Made by a program: the position numbers and the translations under genes. This document shows, one piece after another, positions 1-11,073 of a stretch of 64,000 nt of DNA (positions are counted from its first letter, which is position 1; each line of letters begins with the position of its first letter). The notes under the pieces are model-generated. The model made no database searches, was not told the origin of the DNA, and saw nothing but the letters and a program-made list of their open reading frames with translations. The DNA is from Naegleria gruberi (taxonomy: Eukaryota). The stretch lies in assembly GCA_000004985.1 (NCBI GenBank), contig GG738896.1, one strand, 5' to 3'.

Positions 1-116
1 TTTCCACAATTTTCCACAAAATTTCTAACTGCCTTATTAACCTCATCCTTGTTTTTCAAATATCCCTGAATCATGGACGATTTTTCCATAAACTTTCCAT
101 CAAAAAGACTCGGTGC

Positions 117-449
117 TCAACCAAAACTCTCCAACTCTAAACACCTCTTGTACATCCCAATTAAATTCTCAATAATCATATCGGATGAATAAGAAGCCAA
201 ATCATTTGTTCCTCCGATAATGATCACTCCTTTGAATGCATCTTTTGCATAATAATCAAGAATTTGATCGAGACGTTCCTTCATCTCTTGTGTTTCCTCT
301 CCGTTCTCTCCAAAAGGCTCAACATGATATTTGTTTGTTAGTAGGAATGAAAGACGATTTGCGTATGGATGATATGAAAATCCATTATTGTAGTAACCTT
401 TGGTGAGTGAGTCGCCGAGAGCGAGAATGGTTGGTTGTTCTTGTTGCAT
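117..449 (-). CDS. SGNH/GDSL hydrolase (IAH1-like esterase), probably partial
   Basis: ATG at 449. N-terminal GDSLT block I motif and a GGTND block III motif are present. The C-terminal DxxH block is not found before the in-frame stop at 114-116, so the gene may continue toward the window start through an intron I could not resolve. Confidence 0.5.
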   Translation of the reverse strand: MQQEQPTILALGDSLTKGYYNNGFSYHPYANRLSFLLTNKYHVEPFGENGEETQEMKERLDQILDYYAKDAFKGVIIIGGTNDLASYSSDMIIENLIGMYKRCLELESFG

Positions 450-809
450 TTTTTTGTGATTTTTTATTAGTTTTTGTAATATTCGATATTACAATTTATT
501 TTAATGATATTAGAAACGAGTTTAAGAATTTTATATTAAGGTGATAACGGTGGTTTTCTTATTGAACAAAGATGGTTATCTTTTCCTTTTTCAATTAAAT
601 AACTTTTGAGTATTTAATTTTCTAATTTATACTATTTTGGAAAGTTTAACCAATACAGATCATAGATTTTAATTGATTAAAAAAATAGATCTAGAACCAG
701 TTGAGATTGTACAAAAAGATAGAACGTGGTAATACCAGATCAAAACCTCCATTTAATAATAATAATAAATTTAATTTTTTCCTAATCAATATTCTCCAAG
801 CTCCAAAAT

Positions 810-1661
810 TTAAAACATTCCTTGCATTTGATCGTACAAGACCAAAACCAATGCAGAACCAACAGTTCTCAAAGCGTTAGCTCCAGCACCCTTGAACATG
901 GCAACAGTACCTTCTTCCTTAAGAATCTTTGAGAAACAGTCAACAGTTCCTGTATAAACCCATTGTTCTCTTGGCTTTTCAGATTGCATCATCAATCTTC
1001 TTCTGACAGTATCGAATGGATAGGAAGCATAACCAGCAGCAATAGAGACAGTTTGAGCAAGAGCAAATTTAGAAGAAACACCAGCAATACCAAGATCATT
1101 CTTGTATGGGTTCTTTTCTCTCAAAGTATCATATAAACCAAAGTAAACACCTCTGTATGGAATGATACCAGCAACTGAAACTCCGAAACCGTTATATAAA
1201 GCTCTGAAACCACCTTGTTTGTAAGTCTTAACCATGCAATCACCCAAACCATTAAAATCTCTGTGATTACCAACATCGGAAGCAAGACGAGTACGAGCAT
1301 AATCCAATGGATAAACAATACACAAAGAACCAGCACCAGCCAAACCACCAGAAGCTAATTGAACCAAGAAGAATTTGAAGAAGTTGTCCTTTGGAGAGTA
1401 ATCTGGGAACATCTTTTTAAGAGCATCCTTGAAGGAGAAGTTAAAAGCTTGTGTTGGGAAATATCTGTAAATATTGGTCATATTACCTCTCCAGAAAGCA
1501 GGAATACCTTCGTTTTTAGCAACACGAACAAAACAATCACCAATACCAGTGTAACGTGGGACTTGTCCAGATCTGATCAAAGGATTAGCATCTTGAGTTT
1601 GGATCAACAATTTAACTCTTTCGATTGGAGCTGTAACAGATTTATCAATAGCACCAGCCAA
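810..1661 (-). CDS. AAC: Mitochondrial ADP/ATP carrier (mitochondrial carrier family), main exon
   Basis: Three-repeat carrier architecture with the diagnostic RRRMMMQS signature and a PIERVKLL N-terminal motif. The ORF-track start at 1661 is a TTG immediately after an AG (cttaag|GTTTGGCT) and a TAA, so this looks like an acceptor site. A short 5' exon carrying the ATG must lie upstream (about 1662-1800) but I could not place it. Confidence 0.85.
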   Translation of the reverse strand: MAGAIDKSVTAPIERVKLLIQTQDANPLIRSGQVPRYTGIGDCFVRVAKNEGIPAFWRGNMTNIYRYFPTQAFNFSFKDALKKMFPDYSPKDNFFKFFLVQLASGGLAGAGSLCIVYPLDYARTRLASDVGNHRDFNGLGDCMVKTYKQGGFRALYNGFGVSVAGIIPYRGVYFGLYDTLREKNPYKNDLGIAGVSSKFALAQTVSIAAGYASYPFDTVRRRLMMQSEKPREQWVYTGTVDCFSKILKEEGTVAMFKGAGANALRTVGSALVLVLYDQMQGMF

Positions 1662-2047
1662 ACCTTAAGTAGATTTGTTGTTTTGCATTCATGTTTTCGC
1701 CAAGTTTGGACTTGCCAACAACACCAAGAGTACATTTTTGAAATGTTCTTCCACATCACACAATTATCATTATCATACCATTGATTGATATGAAGAATCA
1801 GTATTTAATGATCACAATAATATCTGTTCCGTAAAGATACACTTGATCGACAAATAATCAATGGAAAAGAAATAAGGAGCTGTAAGCTAGCTTAATACAA
1901 AAAAACAAAATATTCTATGAATAATTGTGTTCAATAACAGGACAGTACAAAATTCGCGTGGTAATCAACACTCCATTGTTGTACAGATTATTCAATAAGG
2001 AATGAGAAAAACTTAATTCGTTAAGGTGTGGACACTGTCAACGTCTA

Positions 2048-2076
2048 TTGATAAATCTTAATTTAAGATATTTAAT
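2048..2076 (+). promoter_or_regulatory. Conserved AT-rich element immediately 5' of the 5S gene (candidate upstream promoter element)
   Basis: TTGATAAATCTTAATTTAAGATATTTAAT is shared (28 of 29 nt) with the 5' flank of 5S copy 3 at 20671-20699 on the minus strand. It is absent from copy 2. Confidence 0.4.
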
Positions 2077-2194
2077 GGCTACGGCCATATCACGATGAAT
2101 GCACCTCATCCCGTCCGATTTGAGAAGTTAAGCATCGTCGAGCCACATCAGTACTGAGGTTGGAGACAACTTGGGAACCTGTGGTGCTGTAGTC
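2077..2194 (+). rRNA. 5S ribosomal RNA, copy 1
   Basis: 118 nt, GGCTACGGCCATATCAC...GGTGCTGTAGTC, followed by a T-run Pol III terminator. Helix I pairs the 5' and 3' ends. Identical to copy 3 and one mismatch from copy 2. Confidence 0.9.
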
Positions 2195-2361
2195 TTTTAT
2201 TTTTTATTTATCAAGATATGATTACTTCTTTTTAGTTGGTTAAATTCTATTAACAATGTTGGAAAATGTGTTGAAAATATTGGAAGGTGAGATTTGCGTG
2301 ATTGACAATAAGATGCCTTAACTTTGCAAAGTTCATCAAGGCAAAATTAAAATCAAAAAAA

Positions 2362-3891
2362 ATGTCAGCAAAGAGTTCATTCTCTCTCCCCGTTAAGAAA
2401 AAGTCTTCAACCTCTGCCTCCTCTTCTGTATCAAGTAAAGCCAAAAAACCAGTTATTGCCTCCTCTTCATCAGCAGTTCAAAGAACACCTCCCCCAACCA
2501 TTAATCTCCCTTCCGAGGACTCTTGCAAAGTTGATGAAGTTGAACAGAGATTTGATCCCAGGTTCAAGTCACTTGCTTCCGATAATGTAATTTTAATATT
2601 GGATTTTATGGGAGGTGAAGTTACACAAGATTTGAGCTCCATTTCTCTTCTCATTAAGAATTGTTATGGTAGATTCGGAACTGATTCCTCTATTAAGTTT
2701 CTGTATCGATATGGGAGTTATTATACTAACGAGATTAATTTGGAGGGAATGATGTTTATTTTCAATGAACAATTTAGACAGTGCAAGAGATCGAACATGG
2801 AAACAAGAATTTTGAATGCCCTATGTCGCTGTTCAGGCGAAGAAAACGTTTCAGATGCCAATACAATTATTCAACAATTGGATAACTTCTCAAAGGAGAA
2901 TAGGCAATTGTGTCTATCATTCCAACAATTGAATTTTTATGGAATGGAAACATTTTGGGAAGTGATTGAAAAGTGTTTTGAGGTATTTCCAAATTTTGAA
3001 AAGTTGAAAATTGGTTTTTATCCTGATCCTCCAACAAAGGTGCCTCGACGAAACTTTAAAAGAAAGTATCATATCGACCTAGTAAGCTTCCCTAAGGCTC
3101 TAGAAAAATCAAATATGAAATGCAAAAAATTGGTCTGCCATAGAAATGTGATGAAGGGAGATTTAGCGTTCAAGTTACCACTTTTAGAGAAGTACAAAGT
3201 AATTGGAACAGATCACCTCAAACAAATAGATCATTTAGAAGAATTGAAGAATCTCAAACATCTTTGCTTAGTGTATCATGATGCAAGAACATATGGCATG
3301 GAATTTAAAGCTAATGATCCTCAATTTTTCATATCTTTATCCAAGTGCACAAACTTGACAAGGCTCAAAATTAATGGTTTGTACATGTTTGGAGAGGAGT
3401 TTATTCACATCAATAATTCTCTTCCTAATCTCACCTACTTGAATTTGAAAAAATGTTTTTGTCAAAATACTGATGGAATTTTCAATGCCATTGGAACTTT
3501 CAAAAAGTTGAAAACTCTTATTTTAGGTTCTCATGAACAAAATTGCGTTGCGAAATTAGGTAATTTGAAGCAATTAGAATACTTAGAAGCATCAGACTTG
3601 AGTGCAAAGGATGTGAACACAATCTCTCAACTCGTAAATTTGAAATCCCTTATTGCAGAAGCACTTTACATTACCGATGAAGAAGGGAAAGATTTAGAAA
3701 AATTGAAAAATCTTGAACAGTTCAAATTTTCTACTGCAGGCGATATGTATTTTGGTATGAAATTGATTACATTTTTATTCGACAATTTAAATGTGAAAAA
3801 ATATGAAATTAATACCTACAGAAATTCTCTAGATAATATTCCAAAAGATATTCAGCAAAGAATGAATGGTAGGTGCGACACAGAGAAATAA
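2362..3891 (+). CDS. F-box-like / leucine-rich-repeat protein with Ser-rich N-terminus
   Basis: First in-frame ATG of ORF 2302-3891. N-terminal poly-Ser, then an F-box-like segment (SDNVILILDFMGG...ISLLIKNCYG) and LRR-type L-x-x-L-x-L repeats. ORF is uninterrupted. Confidence 0.7.
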   Translation: MSAKSSFSLPVKKKSSTSASSSVSSKAKKPVIASSSSAVQRTPPPTINLPSEDSCKVDEVEQRFDPRFKSLASDNVILILDFMGGEVTQDLSSISLLIKNCYGRFGTDSSIKFLYRYGSYYTNEINLEGMMFIFNEQFRQCKRSNMETRILNALCRCSGEENVSDANTIIQQLDNFSKENRQLCLSFQQLNFYGMETFWEVIEKCFEVFPNFEKLKIGFYPDPPTKVPRRNFKRKYHIDLVSFPKALEKSNMKCKKLVCHRNVMKGDLAFKLPLLEKYKVIGTDHLKQIDHLEELKNLKHLCLVYHDARTYGMEFKANDPQFFISLSKCTNLTRLKINGLYMFGEEFIHINNSLPNLTYLNLKKCFCQNTDGIFNAIGTFKKLKTLILGSHEQNCVAKLGNLKQLEYLEASDLSAKDVNTISQLVNLKSLIAEALYITDEEGKDLEKLKNLEQFKFSTAGDMYFGMKLITFLFDNLNVKKYEINTYRNSLDNIPKDIQQRMNGRCDTEK

Positions 3892-4023
3892 TCAGAATAC
3901 TTTTAATTATCACTTTTACTCCTCAAATATATATTTGCGCCCTACGCTCATAATTCACTTGTCGCAATCAAAACACAAAAATAACATGATGATTATAATT
4001 AGTTCGTTTTCATCTTTAAAAAA

Positions 4024-6150
4024 ATGAAACTCACAATCCTCGTCGGATTGCTCTTGCTTTGCTTGTTGGTTTCAACACAAGCAGCCTACAACAATGAATT
4101 GGCAGACGACATTATCGACATTTTGTCTGACAGAAGAGGAGGAAGAAGATTTGCAGCACCAGCCTACACTCCACCTCCAAGACATTATGCTCCTCCACAA
4201 CCTGTCTTTAGAGCAGCACCAGTTTACACTCCTCCTCCACAACCTGTGTATCATAGACCTGCTGTTGTACATCATCCAAGACCTGTTTATAGAGCTCCTC
4301 CACAACCTGTGTATCAACCACAACCAGCAATTGCTCAACCACAACCAGTGAGAAGAGGAAAGAGAGGAAGATTTATTCCACCACAACCAGTTAGTCAACC
4401 AGCTGCTGTTCCACAACCAATAGTTGCCCAATTCCAACAACCAAGAGGAAGAAAGGGAGGTAGAGGTAAAAGAAATAATTTCCAAGCTCAAGCTCCACAA
4501 CCAACAGTTGGTCAACCAATAGCTCAATTCCAACAACCAGCTGGAAGAAGAGGTAAAAAGGGTAAGAAGGGTGGTTTCATTGGTGGTCAACCATCAATTG
4601 GTCAACCTACTCCATCAAGAGGTAAAGGAAAAGGAAAGGGAAAGAAGGGAAAGAAGGGAAATAAAGGAAATGTAGCTCCAGAAGATGGTTCCTCTCAAAC
4701 CAGTGGAAGAAAAGGTAAGAAAGGAAAAGGTGGTAAGAAGGGTGGATTATTCAGTAAAATCACTAAGGGACTCATGGGTGGCGGTGGTGCTGGTGGTAAG
4801 AAAGGAAAGGGTGGTAAGAAGAATAAGAAACAAGAACAACAAGAACAGCAAGAACAAGAACAACAAGAGCAAGAAGTTGCTGCTGCTGAACAACAAATTG
4901 TCGAACAACAAAAAGCTGCTGAACAAGATATCTCTGAACAACAAGCTCAAGTTGAGAAACAAGTTGGAGAACAAAAGCAAGAAATTGAATCACAAATTGC
5001 TCAACAACAACAACAAGCTGAACAACATATTGCCAAATTGAGAGAAGAATTGGAAGCTAGTATTCAATCTGCTAATCAACAAATTGAACAACAAGTATCT
5101 CAACAACATGAAGATTATAAGGTACAATTTAAGGCAGCTCAAGAACAACTTACACCACAAATTGAACAACTTACTGAACAACAAACTCAAATTGAAACTC
5201 AAATGACTGAATTGGCTAAAGTAGCTCAAGAACAAGAACAAGCAAAGGAAAGATTGATTGAAAAGGAAAAGAAATTGAATCAAGAATATCAACAATTAAT
5301 GGCAACTGAACAACAATTGGTTGCTCTTGCTATTGTCGAAAAAGCTCCATTGCAAACTACTCAACAACAAGCTCCTCAATTAGCTGAAACTCAACCTGCC
5401 ACAAATCAAGAAAATCAACAAGAACTTGCTGATTTGATCTATGATGTATTGTCAGATGTCTATTCCACAAAGAAAGGTAAAGGTGGCTTCCAACGTTTCA
5501 AAGCTGCCCCAACCAGACAATTTGCTGGACAACCATCAGCTCAACCTAGAGGTGGTAAGAAAGGAAAGGGTGGTAAAAAGGGTGGATTCCTTAGTAAAAT
5601 CACTAAGGGATTCAAGGGAATCATGGGAGGTGGTAAAAAGGGAGGAAAACAAGCTCCACCATCAACCTATTCCTCAAATGGTGAGATTGCTGCCCAACAA
5701 CAACAAGCTGAACAACAAATTGCCGAACAAAAGCAACAAGCAGAACAACAATTGACTCAACAACAACAAGAAATTGAACAAAAATTGACTCAACAACAGC
5801 AACAAGCTGAAGAATTGATTGCCAAGCAACAACAAGAAGCTGAAGATTTGATTGCCAAGCAACAAGCTCAATTACAAGATCAAATTCAAGCTGCTCAAAA
5901 GCAAATTGACGATCAAGCTGCTAAAATGACTGCTGATTTACAAGCTGAAACTCAAGCTACTCAAGAAAAGATTGCCAAGCAAAAGGAACAACTCGATCAA
6001 CAACAAGCTCAATTGCAACAAGTTGCTGACAAGCAAGCTACCACCCAACAAGAAATCGATGCTAAGGAAAAGGAACTTGCTGAACTCGAACAAAAATTGG
6101 CTACCTTGAGACAAGCTATTCAAAAGATTACCAATGCCAAGAAGCAATAA
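4024..6150 (+). CDS. Secreted repetitive protein: Pro-rich repeats, basic KKGKGGKKGG repeats and Gln/Glu-rich coiled coils
   Basis: Signal peptide MKLTILVGLLLLCLLVSTQA. PPQPVY-type proline repeats. A whole module (DxIxDxLSD, then K/G-rich, then FSKITKG, then Q/E coiled coil) occurs twice. Long uninterrupted ORF. Confidence 0.65.
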   Translation: MKLTILVGLLLLCLLVSTQAAYNNELADDIIDILSDRRGGRRFAAPAYTPPPRHYAPPQPVFRAAPVYTPPPQPVYHRPAVVHHPRPVYRAPPQPVYQPQPAIAQPQPVRRGKRGRFIPPQPVSQPAAVPQPIVAQFQQPRGRKGGRGKRNNFQAQAPQPTVGQPIAQFQQPAGRRGKKGKKGGFIGGQPSIGQPTPSRGKGKGKGKKGKKGNKGNVAPEDGSSQTSGRKGKKGKGGKKGGLFSKITKGLMGGGGAGGKKGKGGKKNKKQEQQEQQEQEQQEQEVAAAEQQIVEQQKAAEQDISEQQAQVEKQVGEQKQEIESQIAQQQQQAEQHIAKLREELEASIQSANQQIEQQVSQQHEDYKVQFKAAQEQLTPQIEQLTEQQTQIETQMTELAKVAQEQEQAKERLIEKEKKLNQEYQQLMATEQQLVALAIVEKAPLQTTQQQAPQLAETQPATNQENQQELADLIYDVLSDVYSTKKGKGGFQRFKAAPTRQFAGQPSAQPRGGKKGKGGKKGGFLSKITKGFKGIMGGGKKGGKQAPPSTYSSNGEIAAQQQQAEQQIAEQKQQAEQQLTQQQQEIEQKLTQQQQQAEELIAKQQQEAEDLIAKQQAQLQDQIQAAQKQIDDQAAKMTADLQAETQATQEKIAKQKEQLDQQQAQLQQVADKQATTQQEIDAKEKELAELEQKLATLRQAIQKITNAKKQ

Positions 6151-6409
6151 ATCAAAGCTTGCAGTGCACAAATCGCCTTATTGGTTCCCAATTTCATCAC
6201 ACAAGGATGGACAGCAGTAGAACCGTACTGAACAGCTTAAATAATACATTAATCTCACAAAATTGTCCATTGAATTACATCTCACTTGCTTTAACTGAAC
6301 CAATGGTTCATTTTCATAGGCAATCCTTTGTTAATCTTTCTGCGTGTTAATGGGGATAACAAGAGTGAGTGCACACGCAAAGATAAGCATTACCAAAAAA
6401 AAATTCACA

Positions 6410-7066
6410 ATGAGAGTTTTCTTATTGAGCTGTGTTATTATTGCCTTCGTGATGAGTGGCCAAACCTTGGCTCTCACATGTAATCCAGGAAGTTATGTTG
6501 GTATGTTATTTAGTGTTCTTGATCATTATCGACCATTTATAGGAAAATTACAAGGAAACGATGCATGTCTTCCGTGTGGAGTTGGTTACTTTTGTGCCAA
6601 TGGAATCACTCAAGAAAAGTGTGCCTTCAACACCTATTCTTCTGGCTCTGCTACCTCATGCACAGCATGCCGTAATTCCAATAGAGGAACTGATGCTGCC
6701 AATTCTGCCTGTTTGTTGCCAAATACACCAGCCAATGCTATTGAATTTACTAAAACAATCACCGTTGATTCCACAAAGCTTATTTCAACATTCACCAAAT
6801 TGAATTTGGCTGGTTACGATTATGTTGATGTTCGTATCAAGCAAACACCACTCAATCCAAATGTTCCAATTACCAATATTAAAGTTTATGGCCACAGAAG
6901 CACTGGATTCCCTGGACCTGGTAAATATGATGGATTTGAGAATAGTAAGGAACCATTTTTGAGTTATGACAATGATTCTAGTGGTGATATCTTGTACTTG
7001 TCAATTTATGCTCATCCAGACACAATGTTGACTATTGATTTGCAAAGAGTCAAGAATGGTCAATAA
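6410..7066 (+). CDS. Secreted Cys-rich protein (GCC2/GCC3- or TNFR-like cysteine repeat)
   Basis: In-frame ATG with predicted signal peptide MRVFLLSCVIIAFVMSGQTLA. Spaced cysteines CLPCGVGYFCANG...CAFNTY...CTACRN. Confidence 0.55.
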   Translation: MRVFLLSCVIIAFVMSGQTLALTCNPGSYVGMLFSVLDHYRPFIGKLQGNDACLPCGVGYFCANGITQEKCAFNTYSSGSATSCTACRNSNRGTDAANSACLLPNTPANAIEFTKTITVDSTKLISTFTKLNLAGYDYVDVRIKQTPLNPNVPITNIKVYGHRSTGFPGPGKYDGFENSKEPFLSYDNDSSGDILYLSIYAHPDTMLTIDLQRVKNGQ

Positions 7067-7160
7067 ACCAATTAGAAGTTTAAACCACAGTCAGATTAAT
7101 TCAGATTTCAAGAATCCTTAGTCATATATTCTTCTCAATACTCTATATTGTTTCTTTGAT

Positions 7161-7233
7161 TGTATGTTCAATCCAAAATTTGTTCCAAAGTTTGATCATT
7201 AGAAATTGTATTATTTGTAGTTTAGGATATTGC
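7161..7233 (-). repeat. Dispersed repeat / gene fragment, about 90% identical to 16128-16200 (5' coding end of the gene at 16128-17182)
   Basis: The reverse complement aligns with CAATATCCGAAACTACAAATAATCCAATTTCTAATCATGATCAAACTTTGGAACAAATTTTGGAT at 16128. The partner copy abuts an assembly gap, so the full extent is unknown. Confidence 0.5.
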
Positions 7234-7737
7234 TGTTTTACCAGACGAGTTGGGACAAAGAAGAAGAATATTTTTATGATTTTGTATGCTTGGAAAGCAT
7301 GTATATTGTAGAAGAATTCACATTCAATTTTCCTATCCATCTCTATCATTGCATGAATGGTTTTGTCCATGACGTGTCATTAACAAGGAAAAGATGCATT
7401 ATTGGATAAACAAGAACGAGAATGCTGCCATTGATTGTGTTAATACCATTGCTAGAATGGTCATTACTGATCATTCCCAATAAGTTCAAAAGAAATTGTT
7501 CAGGAAACGAAATTATTGTAAATATTAATTATTATCTTTGTTATAAAAGTATAGATAGTGAAATTTTGGCATATTTGGAAATAGTTTTTCAATATGATTT
7601 TTCAAAAGAACTTCTGAACAAGATCCATCTTTTTATTTTGGTTTAGTTTTTCCAGAACAAAATGGCAAATGCAATGCGGTGCAAAGGCTATGAGATTTAT
7701 TTGACACGCAGATGATTAGTGACGTACTAACAAAAAA

Positions 7738-10700
7738 ATGTCACAACAGCAGTTCATTGAAATTTACATTTCCAACTACAAGACCATCACACCTGATGAT
7801 CGTCACACTAAACCCTACACCAATTACATTCTCGATATTTCTCTCCAATCCGATAAAAATCCTCAAGAAATTTTCTATCAATGGTCAATAGAATATCGAT
7901 ATTCACAATTGAGAAGTTTTCACTCTCTACTTTCCAAGTACTTTAAAAAGCTTCCGACATTTCCTCCAAAAGTAAGTTTAATTTTTTTAAATATTTTAAT
8001 TTTTTTTAAATATTTAATATTTTGTATATTTTGTAAATTAGAAATTATTTAATAGATCATCGGAAATGATTGAAAAAAGACTTGTGGAATTAAAAAAGTA
8101 TTTTAAACAATTATTTAAAAATAGAAATGATATATTTAACAAATCGGGAACTCTTTCGTTTATTTTGAAATTTATCAACATTCCAAATGAATTAATGCAA
8201 TATGTAATAGTTACAAAAGATGATTTAAATTCGGTGGATTCTCTCACTTTTTTAAATTCAAAACTTGACAAGTCAATTGAATCTCCTTTTTGTAAAGTAA
8301 TTTTCCATAAGGGAGTGAGATATAAATTATCGAAATTTATTGGAAATGGTACATATGGTAAAGTTTATCATTCTGTCGATGATTCAGGATATGAGTATGC
8401 AATTAAGGAAATTCCTGCATTGTATGTTGATACAATGTTTGTGGAAAACAATGTAAAACTCATCTCTGAATGTAATGAAACATTTCTGAGATATATATTG
8501 AGAATTTTAGATACATTTCAAATTGCTAATAACTATTATGTCGTTACAGAATATTTTAATAAGGGATCTCTTAATAATATACGAAATGATGTGAAAATGA
8601 GTGTTTCTACAATTTTACAAATAATTATACAAATGGTCACTTCATTAAGATTCTTAAATTCAAAGAAAATGGTACATTTGGATATTAAGGAGGGAAACAT
8701 TTTTGTTCAATTCTTTAATGGACATCGAATTTCACTAATTTTAGGAGATTTGGGATTGAGTAGAAAAATTAATCCTTCCATTCAATTGAATACTATTAAC
8801 AATAATATTAATAATATAGAAATAGTTAAAGAAAGCTTATTCGAATCATTATCCAGTTCTGCATCTGTTGGAACACCATTATATCAAGCTCCAGAAATGT
8901 TACAACAAGAAAATCCTTTCATTCATGAAAAGAGTGATATTTATTCTTTAGGTTGTACAATATTATATTATTTATTTGGTAAAATTAAAGTATTGAATCA
9001 AGAAAAAGAATTAGATTGGGAAAAGATCAATTCTCTCTTTCAAAAACTTGAAGAACCAGAATGGAAATATATTTATGAATTGTTACAAAAAATGTTAACA
9101 ATTGATGTTAACGAGAGAGCAGACACCAAAACAATACTTGATTTTATATTTAAAAAACAAGATGCATTGCCATCGGAAATGAATGAAGAAAAAAGAAATC
9201 AATTCATCCTGGACGAAATGGAAAGTATTGATTTACTAACAAGTTATGTAAAATTACAAGATTATTTCAAAACAAGTGATTCCATAATAAGAGATTCTCT
9301 TTATGAAAATGGAAATCAATTGGAAGATTTACCAGAACATTTTAAAAACAATTCCAACTATTTTAACATTGCAGCTCAACAAAATTCAATGTTGCATAAA
9401 GACTCAGATCAATTTAATTATTATCTAGAGCTAGCTGCTGATTCGAAACCAAATAACAATGAAATTACTCTCCTTACAAAAAATTCCTCTGAACAAAACA
9501 GAAATGATTACTACTTTGCTTTGAGTTCAGTTTCAAAGGACGGAAAAACTTTAAGATTTGTTGGACATCTTTTGAAAATGAATAGAACTATTGTAATGAC
9601 AGCTGTGAAACAAAATCCATTGGCAATTCAATATGCCCCCAGTTCATTAAGGAAAGATAAGGAAATAGCAAAGGAGGCCCTTGTTTACAATGGCAGAACT
9701 TTGGAATATTTAGAAGAGTTACAAGATGATGAGGAAATTGTACTCGCAGCTGTTTCTGTTCATGGAATTGCCATAAAATTTGCTTCTCCAAGATTGAGAT
9801 CTCACGAAAATATAATCAGACGAGCTGTCAAAGTTGATGAACGTGCCATTGAATATGCTGATACTTCAAATTTATCACTGAAATTATTATTTGAAATTAT
9901 TTGTCAAAATATTGATGCATGTTATTATTTGAAATATGACGAAAAGTTAGTGATGGACTATGTGAAACAAACCAATGATAGCAATGCGAAAACATTTCTA
10001 TTGTTAATGGAAAAAAAGGTATCCATGTCGAAAATGATTCAATTGGCCGACGATATTGGAAATCCACTTGCCCAACTTTATGTTGCCCTACATAGAAGGG
10101 ATAATCCTGAAAGAATGCTCAATGCTGCCAAGCAAGGTAATTTACAAGCTCAATTGATATTGGCACGTTGGTTACAGATGTATGGACATGTTGATTCGGC
10201 AGTGGATTGGTTGAAAAAATGTGCCTCCCATTCATATCTTCCTGCAATTGTTTTTCTCTGTTCATTACTTGATCCAGCTACGGATGGTGAATGGTTTTTG
10301 AAAGGGGCTCATTTAGGAGATGGTGAAATTCAATACGTTTATGGCTTATCAATTTTTTATGAAAAAAATCGTACTCAAATTAATTATCAGGGATTTTATT
10401 GGTGTAAACGAGCTGCTCATCAGGGGTTTCCTAGAGCTCAATATCACATGTCTCAATGTTACAAGTATGGATTAGCAGTTAATAGAAATCCTGAGAAGGC
10501 TTTCAAATGGATGAAACTAGCTGCAGAGAATCAAGTGATAGTAGCTCAATATCAACTTGGATTATTTTATGGAGGTGGAAAAGGAACTGTGCAAGATGTC
10601 AAAAAAGCATTTTACTGGTTAGAAACTTCTGCCAAAAAGAAAAATTGGGTTGCCTTAAATGAACTTGGACTAATTTATATGAAAGGTCGTTATGATGTTA

Positions 10701-11062
10701 AAGTAAATTATGATAAGGCAATTGAATATTTCAAGAAATCTCTCCAAACCCTTGAAGATTACAAAAATAGTCCCATTAGTGATGATTTTGATCCGTTTGT
10801 AAATCCTCCAAAAGGTAATGGTGAATATCTCTATTTAAATATTGGAGAATGTTATTTCCTTAAACAGAAACGTGAGGAAGGAATTGAATGGATGATGAAA
10901 AGTATTTCATTAGGATGTGAATATGCAGTAGAAGTATTGGAAGAGTATACAGGTATCGTTGTTAGTACAGATGCCGTAGGGTGGCAAAATTATTGTTTTA
11001 ATAATACAGAGGAAGTAATTTTGAATATGCATAGAGCTGTAGATAGCAAATCACAAGAATAA
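7738..11062 (+). CDS. PX-domain protein kinase with DUF4116 and Sel1 repeats (2 exons: 7738-7971, 8042-11062)
   Basis: Exon 1 encodes the PX core (RYSQLRSFHSLL...PTFPPK). A 70-nt intron runs from GTAAGT at 7972 to the AG at 8040-41. Exon 2 continues the PX domain (FNRSSEMIEKRLVELKKYF). It then carries a kinase domain (GNGTYGKVY, AIKE, HLDIKEGN, DLG, APE), DUF4116 repeats (AIKFASPRLRSHENIIRRAV) and C-terminal Sel1 repeats. Confidence 0.75.
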
Positions 11063-11073
11063 GAGAAAGATAA

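Noticed and set aside
114-116. A 29-nt 'intron' that would extend the GDSL hydrolase past its stop
   Set aside because: All verified introns in the window are 40 nt or longer with GTAAGT/GTATGT donors. The candidate (GTTGAG..., 29 nt) is too short and has a poor donor, so it is left as a possible partial gene.
1359-1784. 141-aa plus-strand ORF overlapping the ADP/ATP carrier
   Set aside because: Antisense to a strongly supported carrier gene. No domain. Low-complexity translation.
4072-5295. Several minus- and plus-strand ORFs (4072-4590, 4685-5041, 4990-5295 and others) inside the 4024-6150 gene
   Set aside because: Alternative-frame or antisense readings of CAA/GAA-rich repetitive coding DNA. 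They are artefacts of low-complexity sequence.
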